A DNA stretch of 64,000 nucleotides from Eledone cirrhosa (lineage: Eukaryota). The stretch covers positions 23,312,001 to 23,376,000 of the forward strand of contig OZ024763.1 in the NCBI GenBank assembly GCA_964016885.1, read 5' to 3'. Below are positions 1 to 11,159 of the stretch, in pieces. Both the position numbers and the translations under genes were made by a program. The notes under the pieces were generated by a model. The model saw nothing but the letters and a program-made list of their open reading frames with translations. It was not told where the DNA came from and did not search any database. Numbering within the stretch: position 1 is the first letter of the stretch; every line of letters begins with the position of its first letter.

Positions 1-1222
1 TAGAACTAGAGAATAAATTCCAAACCTGGAAGCAGGGACTAGAGAGAAAGGGCCTCAAAGTCAACATGACAAAGACTAAGGTCCTTATAAGTAGACGAGA
101 AAACAGAACCCAGATCCCCTCAGGGAAATGGCCTTGCTCAGTATGTAGGAAAGGTGTAGGTAGGAACTCCATTCTTTGCCCCAAATGCAAACAATGGGTA
201 CACAAGAGATGTAGCGGGATCTCAGGAAGCTTAATTAAGAATGTAGGATTCACATGCAGCAGCTGTGCTGAAACAGCAAGCAAACAGCCACAGGAAACAA
301 GTACCACCAATCTCTGGGAGGGCCCTGTAGAAACAGTAGACAGCTTCTGCTACCTAGGTGACCGAATTAGCAACGGAGGTGGGTGCTCAGAAAGTACAAT
401 AACTAGGGTAAGAACGGGATGGAAGAAGTTTAGGGAACTACTACCACTGCTAGCTGCAAAAGGCTTCTCCCTCAGAATGAAAGGCAGACTGTATGATGCG
501 TGTATCCGAACAGCGATGTTGCATGGTAGTGAGACCTGGGCGCTGAAGGTGGAAGACTTACGTAGATTAGAGAGAAACGAAGCCTGCATGCTCCGATGGA
601 TGTGTAACAGTAATATACGTGAACGACAAAGCATAAATGAATTGAGAGAGAGACTGAGCATAAGAGGAATCAAATGCTGCGTGCAGGAGAGGCGGTTACG
701 CTGGTATGGACATGTGATGCGTATGAAGGATGACAGCTGCATAAAAAGGTGCAGAGCACTAGAAGTTGATGGAAACCGCGGAGTGGGGAGACCCAAGATG
801 ACTTGGGATGAGGTGATAAAAGCCGACCTTACCCAACTACACCTCTCAAAGTCAATGACACACGACCGTGACTTCTGGCGTCACGCAGTAATACAGGGTA
901 CCCGACCTCCCATGGGTACATGCTGAAGCATATAAACAATATGCCCCCCACCGCAAGGTGGTCGTGGAGGTGCCACGGCAAAAAAGCACCCAGCCCACAC
1001 TGTAAAGTGGACGTGTAGGCGCCACGAAAAAGCACCCAGCACTCACTGTAAATGAGGTTGGTGTTAGGAAGGGCATCCAGCTGTAGAAATCAAGCCAGAT
1101 TAGTTCCTGTATGAGCAAGGCATGGTCAGCCGACCAGACACTGCCCACAACAGGACAACCCGTCTAACCCATGCTAGCGTGGAAGAACGGACGTAAAACG
1201 GTGATGATGATGATGATGATGA
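1..1222 (+). mobile_element. RTE-clade LINE (family A), 3' part; runs off the window start
   Basis: ORF 66-926 encodes the RT C-terminus ([30 protein letters not shown]) with a Cys/His finger. It is followed by a 3' UTR ending in a CCATGCTAGCGTGG hairpin and a (GAT)n tail at about 1201-1222. Confidence 0.93.
66..926 (+). CDS. RTE LINE ORF, C-terminal part (PHD-like finger and RT thumb region), partial
   Basis: Uninterrupted 286 aa. Nearly identical to the inverted copy ending at 47806. Confidence 0.8.
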   Translation: MTKTKVLISRRENRTQIPSGKWPCSVCRKGVGRNSILCPKCKQWVHKRCSGISGSLIKNVGFTCSSCAETASKQPQETSTTNLWEGPVETVDSFCYLGDRISNGGGCSESTITRVRTGWKKFRELLPLLAAKGFSLRMKGRLYDACIRTAMLHGSETWALKVEDLRRLERNEACMLRWMCNSNIRERQSINELRERLSIRGIKCCVQERRLRWYGHVMRMKDDSCIKRCRALEVDGNRGVGRPKMTWDEVIKADLTQLHLSKSMTHDRDFWRHAVIQGTRPPMGTC

Positions 1223-4200
1223 TCTTTGAAATGTTTTGGCCCAGGCCATGTCTAACTTAATAGCACCACCTGGCGAAGTCTTTCAATTCAGGATTTGGGC
1301 ACCATGGCCCATTCGAGAAGAGAATTACTGTTTGCGGAGACATATCCGGGTGTGGGTGGTTTGTCCGGGATTACTTGGAGGAATTTGTCCAAAGACTTCT
1401 TGAATTTTGTGTGGTCAGTTTCTGTTTTGACGTGTCCTGGTGTGATGTTGAAGAGAGCAGGGCCGATTGAGGTGAAATAATTGTGCCGTATTGTTGTTAT
1501 GAGTTGCGATTTAGATTTTTGAATGGGACGGATAGCACGGGGCCCAAGCCTTGGGTGTATCTTGAAGGCGATGCCAACATCATTTGGGCAGTGATGATGG
1601 AACATTTTCCACATCATGCAGATAATATAACGCTCACAGCGACGTTGGAGTGAGTAAAGTTTCAGGTTTTCTAATCGACCCCAGTAGTCAAGGTCTGACA
1701 TGCCATCTATCTTTTTCGTGATTGCCCTTTGAGGAGCTTCAAGTTTCATGATACTTTGTTTCGTGTGGGGAGACCACAGTGGACAACAGTATTCAAGGTG
1801 TGGTCGGGCAAAAGTAGAGAAGAGAAGGATAATGGTGCGGGAATCTCTCGACTGGAAGGTTCTGAGGATCCAGGAACACATTCTGCGGGCCATGTCAACT
1901 TTGCTGCTTATATGCGTGGTCCAGCTTATGTTGCTGTCCACGGTTACTCCCAAGTCTCTGATATTGTTAGATGCCACGAGAGTTTCCCCGGAGGGAAAGG
2001 AGTACGGGAGTTTCAGAGCATCCTCTTTTCCAAAGTGGATCAGTTCGAATTTGTCTTCGTTCAGTAACATGTTGTTCTTTTCTGCCCATTGGGTAACAGC
2101 CAGTAGGTCTGACTGAAGGCTTATCCGGTCATCCACGCCATTGATGACCTTTTGGAGCTTGGAATCATCAGCGAAAATTTTAATGTTGCTGTGTTTGATG
2201 ATGTCAGTGATGTCATTAATATAGATGATGAAGAGAAGTGGGCCCAACACAGTGCCTTGTGGGACCCCACTACTGACTTTGGCTGGGCTTGATTTGACTC
2301 CCTCAACTACAACATGTTGGGTTCTGTTTGACAGGAAGCTCTTGATCCACTGCAGCAGCTTTCCAATGACACCAATATTGGACAGCTTTCGCAGTAGAAT
2401 GTTATGATCAACCCTGTCAAAGGCCTTGCTGAAATCAAGGTAGATAACATCAGTGTTGGAACCCTCTCCCAAGGCTCTCAAAATGTCATCAAAGTGATGC
2501 AGTAGCTGCGTCAGGCAATCCCTTCCATTACGGAATCCATGCTGGTTGGAGTTCAGCATATTGTTACTCTCAAGGAAGTGGGTCATTCGCGATCTCACCA
2601 CTCGCTCAAATACCTTAATGATATGAGAGGTGAGTGAGATTGGACGGTAATTCACGGCAAGGGATTTGTTTCCCTTTTTGAAAACTGGGACAATAGACTG
2701 GGATAGAAGGTTTTCTGGCACATATCCAGCATCCAGTGAGTTCCGCCACAGATTGGCAAGAGGAGATGCAAGTTGGTGTTGACACGCCTTCAAGACACAA
2801 GCAGGGAACCTATCGGGACCTACTGCTGAATTATGCTTGATTTCCTTTATTGCCGCCAAGACATCAGGGGCGCCAAACGTTATGTCCGATAAGGTGTAAT
2901 GGGGAGTAACATCGCCGATACAGCCCAGATCGGCCATATCAGGATTGCTGAAAACAGAGCAGTATTGTTTCTGCAGTATCTCACCCATGGTTTTAGCATT
3001 GTCTTGAAGAGTGCCATTTTCATCAATTAGAGGGCCAACAGTAGAGCCAGTGATTTTGTGTTTTTTTGCAAATGAAAAGAACACTTTGGGATTGAGTTTG
3101 ATCTTCTCAATGGCCCAGGCCTCTTCAGCTCTTCTCTGATTGTTGATGAGGGACATTATGTTGTTTTGGAGGTTATGTTTTTTAATCTCTAGTGATGAAA
3201 TGGCAGTCAAGTTGATGTGTTGCTGCTGACAGTATTTCAGCTTGTTGATTTTTTTGTTCGTTCTCTTAATTTTTCTGATGAGCGTTTTTCTATTTCTAGG
3301 GATTCTGCTCTTAGATTTGTTTATAGTTCTTAATGGGGTGTGTTTAGCACATATGTTTGTAACAGTGTCCACAAATGTCTGCCAGGACTTTTTGATGTTA
3401 GTGGGTGTATGAGTGTGCGTGAAGGACCAGTCGACATGTGCAAGATCATGACTGATCGCTTCCCAGTTTGCATTGTGGAAATCCATAGCGTCAAACGGAT
3501 GGACAGGAGAGATGACATTGGGTTTGTATATTGGACGGTGGAATCTCAGATCACAGAGAACCATGTCATGATCAGAGAGTAGAGTTTTCTCCACTGCAAT
3601 ATTGTGGATATTTTCAGTGTGATTGCTGAAAATTAAGTCTAGGACGTTTTTGTGGCACCTCGTTGGTTCGAGCACCAGTTGGGATAGGAAGAAATCATCC
3701 ATGAAGTCAAGAAGCGATTCCACAGCTTCCCTGTCAGAGGTTGAGGCAGAAGAACCTGGTGGCAGGCTGTTTGTGGACCAGTCAACTCCGGGGAGGTTGA
3801 AGTCCCCCATCATTAAGATGTTGTCAGGGTGACACTCTTGGATGAAACACTTTATGCTGTTGAGGCATTCCTTGAAGCATGGTACAGGCGTTTGGGGTGG
3901 CCTATAGAGCCCAACTACTAATAGGTTGTTGGTTTGACTGAATACAGTGACTGCTTCACAGTATCCATTAGTGAATATGTTCATAGCCTCTGTTGAGAAA
4001 GAATTATGGACATAAATGGCAGTTCCGCCCTTTCTTCTGCCAGCGCGATCAGCACGGATGGCTTTGAAATTTTTCACTTTCACCTCGGCTTCCAAGTGGG
4101 GGTTACTGAGATGGGTTTCAGTGAGGACGAAGAAAGGGATGTGGTTTGGATGGACATCAATCCAGTCCTCCAGGAATTTGATCTTCCATTTTTGAGTATT

Positions 4201-4283
4201 GGTGGAAGGGCTGATGCCTTGGGCGTTAAGCAAAAATGTAGAGGCGAGAGTGGATGGTTTTAATTGTTTTGGTGTGTTGTTAA
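1223..4283 (-). mobile_element. CR1-clade LINE, near-complete ORF2 plus short 3' UTR
   Basis: APE endonuclease motifs (NAQG, LTETHL, GDFN, PTR, LDLIFS, SDH) followed by RT motifs (YRPISLTS, QHGFR, YLDFSKAFD, GVPQGTVLGPLLF, FADD). Confidence 0.93.
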
Positions 4284-4332
4284 CATTCCACTGCAAAGTG
4301 GTCGTGGAGGTGCCACGGCAAAAAAAAAGCAC
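1288..4332 (-). CDS. CR1-type endonuclease/reverse transcriptase ORF2 (about 1000 aa); the first ~15 residues come from an adjacent SINE-tail fragment
   Basis: Open frame of 1014 codons with all EN and RT motifs. Bases 4284-4332 match the antisense SINE/RTE tail. Confidence 0.88.
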   Translation of the reverse strand: MLFFCRGTSTTTLQWNVNNTPKQLKPSTLASTFLLNAQGISPSTNTQKWKIKFLEDWIDVHPNHIPFFVLTETHLSNPHLEAEVKVKNFKAIRADRAGRRKGGTAIYVHNSFSTEAMNIFTNGYCEAVTVFSQTNNLLVVGLYRPPQTPVPCFKECLNSIKCFIQECHPDNILMMGDFNLPGVDWSTNSLPPGSSASTSDREAVESLLDFMDDFFLSQLVLEPTRCHKNVLDLIFSNHTENIHNIAVEKTLLSDHDMVLCDLRFHRPIYKPNVISPVHPFDAMDFHNANWEAISHDLAHVDWSFTHTHTPTNIKKSWQTFVDTVTNICAKHTPLRTINKSKSRIPRNRKTLIRKIKRTNKKINKLKYCQQQHINLTAISSLEIKKHNLQNNIMSLINNQRRAEEAWAIEKIKLNPKVFFSFAKKHKITGSTVGPLIDENGTLQDNAKTMGEILQKQYCSVFSNPDMADLGCIGDVTPHYTLSDITFGAPDVLAAIKEIKHNSAVGPDRFPACVLKACQHQLASPLANLWRNSLDAGYVPENLLSQSIVPVFKKGNKSLAVNYRPISLTSHIIKVFERVVRSRMTHFLESNNMLNSNQHGFRNGRDCLTQLLHHFDDILRALGEGSNTDVIYLDFSKAFDRVDHNILLRKLSNIGVIGKLLQWIKSFLSNRTQHVVVEGVKSSPAKVSSGVPQGTVLGPLLFIIYINDITDIIKHSNIKIFADDSKLQKVINGVDDRISLQSDLLAVTQWAEKNNMLLNEDKFELIHFGKEDALKLPYSFPSGETLVASNNIRDLGVTVDSNISWTTHISSKVDMARRMCSWILRTFQSRDSRTIILLFSTFARPHLEYCCPLWSPHTKQSIMKLEAPQRAITKKIDGMSDLDYWGRLENLKLYSLQRRCERYIICMMWKMFHHHCPNDVGIAFKIHPRLGPRAIRPIQKSKSQLITTIRHNYFTSIGPALFNITPGHVKTETDHTKFKKSLDKFLQVIPDKPPTPGYVSANSNSLLEWAMVPKS

Positions 4333-4449
4333 CCACCACTCACTGTAAATGAGGTTGGTGTTAGGAAGGGCATCCAGCTGTAGAAATCAAGCCAGAATCA
4401 GTTCCTGTCCCACCCTTGCAAGCAGGGAAAAGCGGACGTAAAATGATGA

Positions 4450-4452
<3 letters not shown>
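4284..4452 (+). mobile_element. 5'-truncated SINE/RTE 3' tail fragment
   Basis: Begins cattccactgcaaagtgg as in the SINE at 17771-18220. Ends CCTTGCAAGCAGGG...GGACGTAAAA(TGA)n. Confidence 0.8.
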
Positions 4453-4505
<53 letters not shown>

Positions 4506-4564
4506 ATGAACTTTTTTTGTTTAATATAAGGAACTGTTTCATTGTTTTATTCATTATTTTTTTA

Positions 4565-4628
<64 letters not shown>

Positions 4629-4631
<3 letters not shown>

Positions 4632-4797
4632 TCATCATCATCATCATCATCAGGTTTAGCATCCGTTTTCCACGCTTGCATGGGTTTGGACGGGGGTTTT
4701 CCCACTTGAGGCAAGAGTGGTTGTCTTGCTCGCAACATAACTTTACATTGAAAGGGGCGGTGTGGATGGGGTGGAGGTGGTGGGACGGGGGGGTGTT
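4629..4797 (-). mobile_element. RTE family B 3' end, internally deleted
   Basis: (CAT)n followed by the reverse complement of parts of the 3' UTR at 5110-5550. Confidence 0.8.
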
Positions 4798-4812
4798 ATA
4801 TATATATATATA

Positions 4813-5572
4813 TAAGAGGGATCAGATGTTGTTTACTCGAGAGAAGGCTACGTTGGTACGGTCACGTGATGCGCATGAAAGACGACAGCTGTATAACAAA
4901 GTGCAGGGCAATAAAGATAGACGGTAGCCACGGAGTAGGCAGACCCAGAAAAACATGGGACGAGCTGATAAATTCCGACCTCACACGCTTACACCTCTCC
5001 AAGACAATGTCACTGGACCGAGACCTTTGGCGGTACTCAGTAATAGAGAAGACCCGCCTTACCTAAATACAAAGTAAAAACCTACTACAGTCAGTAGGCA
5101 TCTCTATCAAAACACCCCCCCCGTCCCACCACCTCCACCCCATCCACACCGCCCCTTTCAATGTAAAGTTATGTTGGTCCCACAACATCCAGGCCGAAAC
5201 AAATGAGATCGTGTAGGTGTCACGACAAAAAACACACAGTCCACGCTGTAAATGTGGCCGTGTAGGCAACACGGTAAAAACCTCCCAGCCCCACACTGTA
5301 AATGTGGTTGGTGTTAGGAAGGGCATCCAGCTGTAGAAAACCCGCCAGACAGTCCACGCTGTAATGTGGCCGTGTAGGCAACACGGTAAAAACCTCCCAG
5401 CCCCACACTGTAAATGTGGTTGGTGTTAGGAAGGGCATCCAACTGTAGAAAACCCGCCAGACAGTCCTATGCGAGCAAGACAACCACTCTTGCCTCAAGT
5501 GGGAAAACCCACGTCCAAACCCATGCAAGCGTGGAACACGGACGTTAAACGCTGATGATGATGATGATGATA
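4813..5572 (+). mobile_element. RTE family B, 5'-truncated 3' end
   Basis: Encodes [16 protein letters not shown]...EKTRLT. Near-identical to 44516-45278. (GAT)n tail. Confidence 0.9.
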
Positions 5573-5669
5573 TATATATATATTATTTATACTCCAGTCC
5601 TACAACTTGTAGAGTGCTACTAATCCGATATCTGCATTGCTTTATTGTACTACAATAAAACTCACCTCC

Positions 5670-5704
<35 letters not shown>

Positions 5705-5705
5705 G

Positions 5706-5758
<53 letters not shown>

Positions 5759-5764
5759 ATGATG

Positions 5765-5795
<31 letters not shown>

Positions 5796-5799
5796 CATG

Positions 5800-5832
<33 letters not shown>

Positions 5833-6079
5833 GTGTGTATTAATTATTATATATGAATACAGACATTTTGGAAGCCATTGTAGTTGTCCATAAACACCGG
5901 AATATCTTTATATCCACCCTTAACCAGAATATTATCTCTATCTACCCCTATTCCATTGACCCAGCAGTCTAGTTATATGTCCCTCACTCCTCACCCTGTA
6001 ACATTTGTCTATATATTCACCAACACCCCACCTTCTTTCAGCCATACCCCCCACCCCATCAATTCAATTGCTACATTGC

Positions 6080-6450
6080 TGTGTTTGTATGTGTGTGTGT
6101 TGGTGTGTTTGTGAGTGTGTGTGTGTGTTGGTGTGTTTGTATGTGTGTGTGTATGTGCTGTGTTTGTATGTGTGTGTGTGTGTTGGTGTGTGTGTGTGTT
6201 GGTGTGTTTGTGTGTGTGTGTGTGTGTTGGTGTGTTTGTATGTTTGTGTGTATGTGCTGTGTTTGTATGTGTGTGTGTGTGTGTTGGTGTGTGTGTGTGT
6301 TGGTGTGTTTGTATGTGTGTGTGTATGTGCTGTGTTTGTATGTGTGTGTGTGTATGTGCTGTGTTTGTATGTGTGTATGTGGTATGTTTGTATGTGTGTA
6401 TGTGTGTGTGTGTGTATGTGCTGTGTTTGTATGTGTGTATGTGATGTGTT

Positions 6451-6486
<36 letters not shown>

Positions 6487-7070
6487 GCTGTGTTTGTATG
6501 TGTGTGTGTGTTGGTGTGTTTGTATGTGTGTGTGTGTTGGTGTGTTTGTATGTGTTGATGTGTTTGTATGTGTATGTGTGTATGTGTGTATGTGTGGTTT
6601 TAATAAACAGCTCTCTTTTGTTTTTGTGGGGATGGTGGTGGTGGTGTTGGTTGTGATGATGGTGATGGTGATGAGGCTATAGAATTGATGTTGGTGATGG
6701 TGATGGTGATGAGGCTATAGAATTGATGTTGGTGGTGATGTTGTCAGTGTTTGTATTGTCTATAAAGGTGGTGGCGGTGATGTTGTTTACAGTGGTAGAG
6801 GTTGTTGTTGTTGTTGTGGTAGCAGTAGTGTTATTGTTTCGGGTGTTTATGGTACATACACATACACACAGACACATACACATACACACAGACACATACA
6901 CACATACACATATACACACACCTACACAGACACACACATACACAGACACACACACACACACATACACAGACACACACTACACACATACATTCACACATTC
7001 ACAGACACACACATACATTCACAGACACACACATACATGTACACACAGATACATACTCACACACACAATG
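6080..7070. repeat. Compound (TG)n, (GGT)n and (CA)n microsatellite block
   Basis: Directly visible simple repeats. Confidence 0.9.
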
Positions 7071-7635
7071 ATGGTGTTTAGGCGTGGTAAGGAGGGGGGG
7101 GGGTAATGTTTATGTCATAAGGGGTCGGGGGGATGAGAACCACAACATTCCCTCTACAAATTAACAACAACAACAGTAATAACAACAACAACAATAGCAA
7201 CAAAACAACAACAGTAACAACAACAACAAACAAACCTTGTATCTGTTATTTATGTATTTCCAAAATTCTTTGCTTCTCTTGTTGCTGTTGTTGTTGTTAC
7301 TCTTGTGTTCTTCTAGTCACTGTTATTGTTGGTTCTCTGCCAACACCCTCCACCCCTCCCTCGCTTTCCCCACGACCACCTCCCCCCACCCTTCTCCCAC
7401 CCCCATTCCTCACCTTCCCCCACCACCCTAATCCCCGCCATCCCCACCCCTCCCTCGCTCCCCTCCATCTCTCGCCTTCCCCACCCTCTTCTTTAACTCC
7501 TCTCAAGGCCCCACAACTTTCCCACCACATCCATTGTCTTCCCACGAAACCCCTCCCACCTTCCCACCACATGTTCCTCTTAGCCCTATATGCTACCCTC
7601 CATGTTACCCCACACCCTGTACCCCCCTAGCTTCC

Positions 7636-7870
7636 CCACCACCACCACCATATCACCACCACCACTATACCACTACCACCACCACCACCATCACCATCAC
7701 CATCACCACCACCATCATCACCACCACCACCATCACCACCACCACCACCACCATCACCACCACTACCACCACTACCACCACCACCATCATAACCACCACC
7801 ACCACCACCACCATCACCACCACCACCACCACCACCACCACTACCACCATCACCACCACCACCATCACCA
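7636..7870. repeat. (ACC)n microsatellite
   Basis: Directly visible trinucleotide repeat. Confidence 0.95.
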
Positions 7871-7959
7871 ACACGACAAACAATACGCCACACACACGGA
7901 CACAGACACCAAGCACACACATATACAATACACCACACACAACCCCCCTCCCCACACAA

Positions 7960-8335
7960 ACAATACACACCATGTACACACACACACATACATTACACCA
8001 CTAACACATACACACCATGTACACACACACATACATTACACCACTAACACATACACACCATGTACACACACACACATACATTACACCACTAACACATACA
8101 CACCATGTACACACACACATACAATACACCACTAACACATACACACCATGTACACACACACACATACATTACACCACTAACACATACACACCATGTACAC
8201 ACACACACACATACACACCATGTACACACACACATACATTACACCACTAACACATACACACCATGTACACACACACACATACAATACACCACTAACACAT
8301 ACACACCATGTACAGACACACACATACAATACACC
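7960..8335. repeat. 43-45 bp minisatellite (catacattacaccactaacacatacacaccatgtacacaca)
   Basis: About 8 tandem units. Confidence 0.85.
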
Positions 8336-8616
8336 ATACACCACACCACACCACACACTCACACTCCCCCACCACAAACAATACACCACAAACACCACAT
8401 ACTTAATATACATACATTTAGAAATCGAACTTGGCTGTTATTTTTCCCTCAAGAGCTGTTGCCATAATATATATATATGTATGATGTATATATATATATA
8501 TTGATATATATGTATATATATGTGTATGTGTTTGTGTGTGTGTATATTGATATATGTGTATGTATATTAGGATATATATATAAATGTGTATATATATATG
8601 TATATATCTATCTATC

Positions 8617-8647
<31 letters not shown>

Positions 8648-8822
8648 TATAAACATAGACACATGTATATATATATTTATCTATATATATCATGATGATG
8701 ATGATGATGAGGATGATGATATATATATATATATATGTATGTATATATATATATACACACATACAGCCCTGCTCATTTGTGTTGTGTTGGTTGGGTTGGT
8801 TGGTCTTGTTTCCTCACTGCAG

Positions 8823-9048
8823 CTAACTATGATCTAATCCAGCCCAGACTGGACTCCAAGGTAGATTTGAGTCGGAAAAAGCATATAACTGAAACAGCTG
8901 GTGGTTAAGAATATAAATACGCACACAGATATATACATATATATACACACACATATATATATATACACACACATACTCACTTACACATATATATACCTAG
9001 ACATATACATTTATATATATTTACATTTATATATATATATATATATTT

Positions 9049-9112
<64 letters not shown>

Positions 9113-9293
9113 CATACTTGTATATTTATGATTTTTCTATCGTTACATTCAGCTGGTGTGTGCTGTTTTCATTCCTCCAAACATTTACACATCACTTGAC
9201 AGAGTCACATGCCCTCCTGCTTTTGTTAAAACATCCGAGAAGCTTCCCATGAGATGCAGCCTCGTAGGAGTCCAGTTAAACCTACATGGGTGA
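8823..9293 (+). CDS. Possible last two coding exons of an unidentified host gene (8823-8860 and 9153-9293)
   Basis: Acceptors tcttgtttcctcactgcAG and ttttctatcgttacattcAG, donor AAG|gtagat. Each exon has one open frame and the phases join to give [58 protein letters not shown]. No family recognised. Confidence 0.35.
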
Positions 9294-10364
9294 GAGCCAT
9301 TTATATACACATTGAGCAGATCATTTTCAAAGCTGGTTCACCAGCTCTAAGCATTAATCCTTCCCCAAATATATTCTAGCCAGGAAAACGGATATTATCA
9401 TTGGATAAGGATAAATATGATGATATATATAAATACCAAATGATGATATAAGCTGACACTAATGGTAGCTAATTGCTCATATTTGCGGCTAACTTGTGCG
9501 TTTGCGGTGTTCTGCGGATATTTCTAACTTAGGGTAACTTCTGTGCCATTTGTTGGAAACAACTGAAAAATATCTTGCCATGATTGTTCAAGGAAGTTTA
9601 CAGAAAGCCTTGTGGAATATTTTTTGTGCTTTATAACAGATGAGATCTTACCTATCATTGGGTGAAGTTTAAACCACCTCGTGTCTTTCTGGATATACCG
9701 TTTTGTTCCTTGGAAGTTTACAAATGTTGCAGGAATTTGCTACATCTGTATCGGAATAATTACTCTATCAGCCTGTCGGCTGAGGGCATGCTGGAGCACT
9801 GTATCACTATATTGGAAATTTTAAGCCCCATATTTGCGGAGTTGTATTTAAAAAAAATTTTTTCTTTGCAGTAAAGTTTCTGTGGTGTTTTTGCCATTTG
9901 TGGAATAACTGAGCTGTTGTGGAAATTTGCTTTCGATTGCCCACTGTTTTATCTCCATTGTGAGTTTTTACAGTGAAGTAACTAATGTTACCAAGTGTGG
10001 AAATTTGCTGTATACAGAACCTAATAAGGAGTTAACATTAGTGTGGAAATTATGCAGATCTTGTGAGTAAAATTGCTGTTTTGTTACCAGTGTGGAAGTT
10101 TACAATCATTTGTTACCAGGGTGGAAATCATAGCTGATGTAACTAATTGCTATATATAACCAGCCAGAGCATCACTGTTATTTTGGAATTTTACAGCTGT
10201 TAAGGAAAATTTACAACTTCTGTGGAAATTTGCTGGAAGCAGTAAAAATATTATGGAAATTGTACCAGTGTGGAATTTTACAGATGTTGTGGAAATTTGT
10301 TGAACAGCAGTTATATTACTGTGAGTTTTTTTTGTTATTTTTACAGTAGAGTTGTTTGTTACCA

Positions 10365-10765
10365 CTGTGGAAGTTACATTGTATAAAGTTGCATTGTGTA
10401 TGCTTAAAGTTATTGTGCAAATTGCATTGTGGAGAAGTACAGCTTTTGTGGAAGTTTCATTGTGGAAAATTACAACTGTTGTGGAATTTGTATTATGTAA
10501 AGTTGCATTGTGGAAAAGTACAGCTTTTGTGGAAGTTGCATTGTGGAAAATCATAGCTGTTGTGGGATTTGTATTATGTAAAGTTGCACTGTGGAAAAAG
10601 TACAGCTTTTGTGGAAAATTATAGCTGTTGTGGAATTTGTATTATGTAAAGTTACATCAGAAAAGTACAGCTTTTGTGGAAGTTGCATTGTGGAAAAATA
10701 CAGCTTTAGTGGAAGTCACATTGTCGAAAAATACAGCTTTAGTGGAAGTTACATTGTGGAAATTT
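10365..10765. repeat. Minisatellite with a TGTGGAA core and an 81-bp higher-order period
   Basis: gcattgtgg units recur at 10424, 10505 and 10586. Degenerate copies extend back to about 9900. Confidence 0.8.
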
Positions 10766-11159
10766 ATGGACTGCATTTCATTTTGTCTTTAATTTACGTT
10801 ACTTTTTACCTCTGTTTGGAATTATTTACCATATCTAAAGGATGGGATGACGTGCATTCCTCTGGGGACCATAACTTCGTTGGTTAACACCGCCACCTAT
10901 AAAAGCTTCTGTGGAAATATCCGTAAAAATGATGATAAAACGAGAAGAAATTTTGTAACAATGGACAAACTAGCTTTGGGGAAATTCTGGTAAAAGAAAA
11001 AGAACAAAACCAAAAGAGAGAAAAAGAGAAAAGATTTTTGTCTCCCAGCATTTGGTGTTACTTTTGATATATATATAATATATATATAATATATATATAT
11101 AATATATATATAATATATATATAATATATATATATAATATATTATATATATAATTTAAA

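Noticed and set aside
5583-8504. Many long Cys/Val, His/Thr and Tyr/Ile ORFs
   Set aside because: They are translations of (TG)n, (CA)n, (ACC)n and (TA)n, which lack stop codons. The same applies at 29078-29645, 42338-42785, 45171-45670, 47031-47623, 48996-50940 and 52180-53047.
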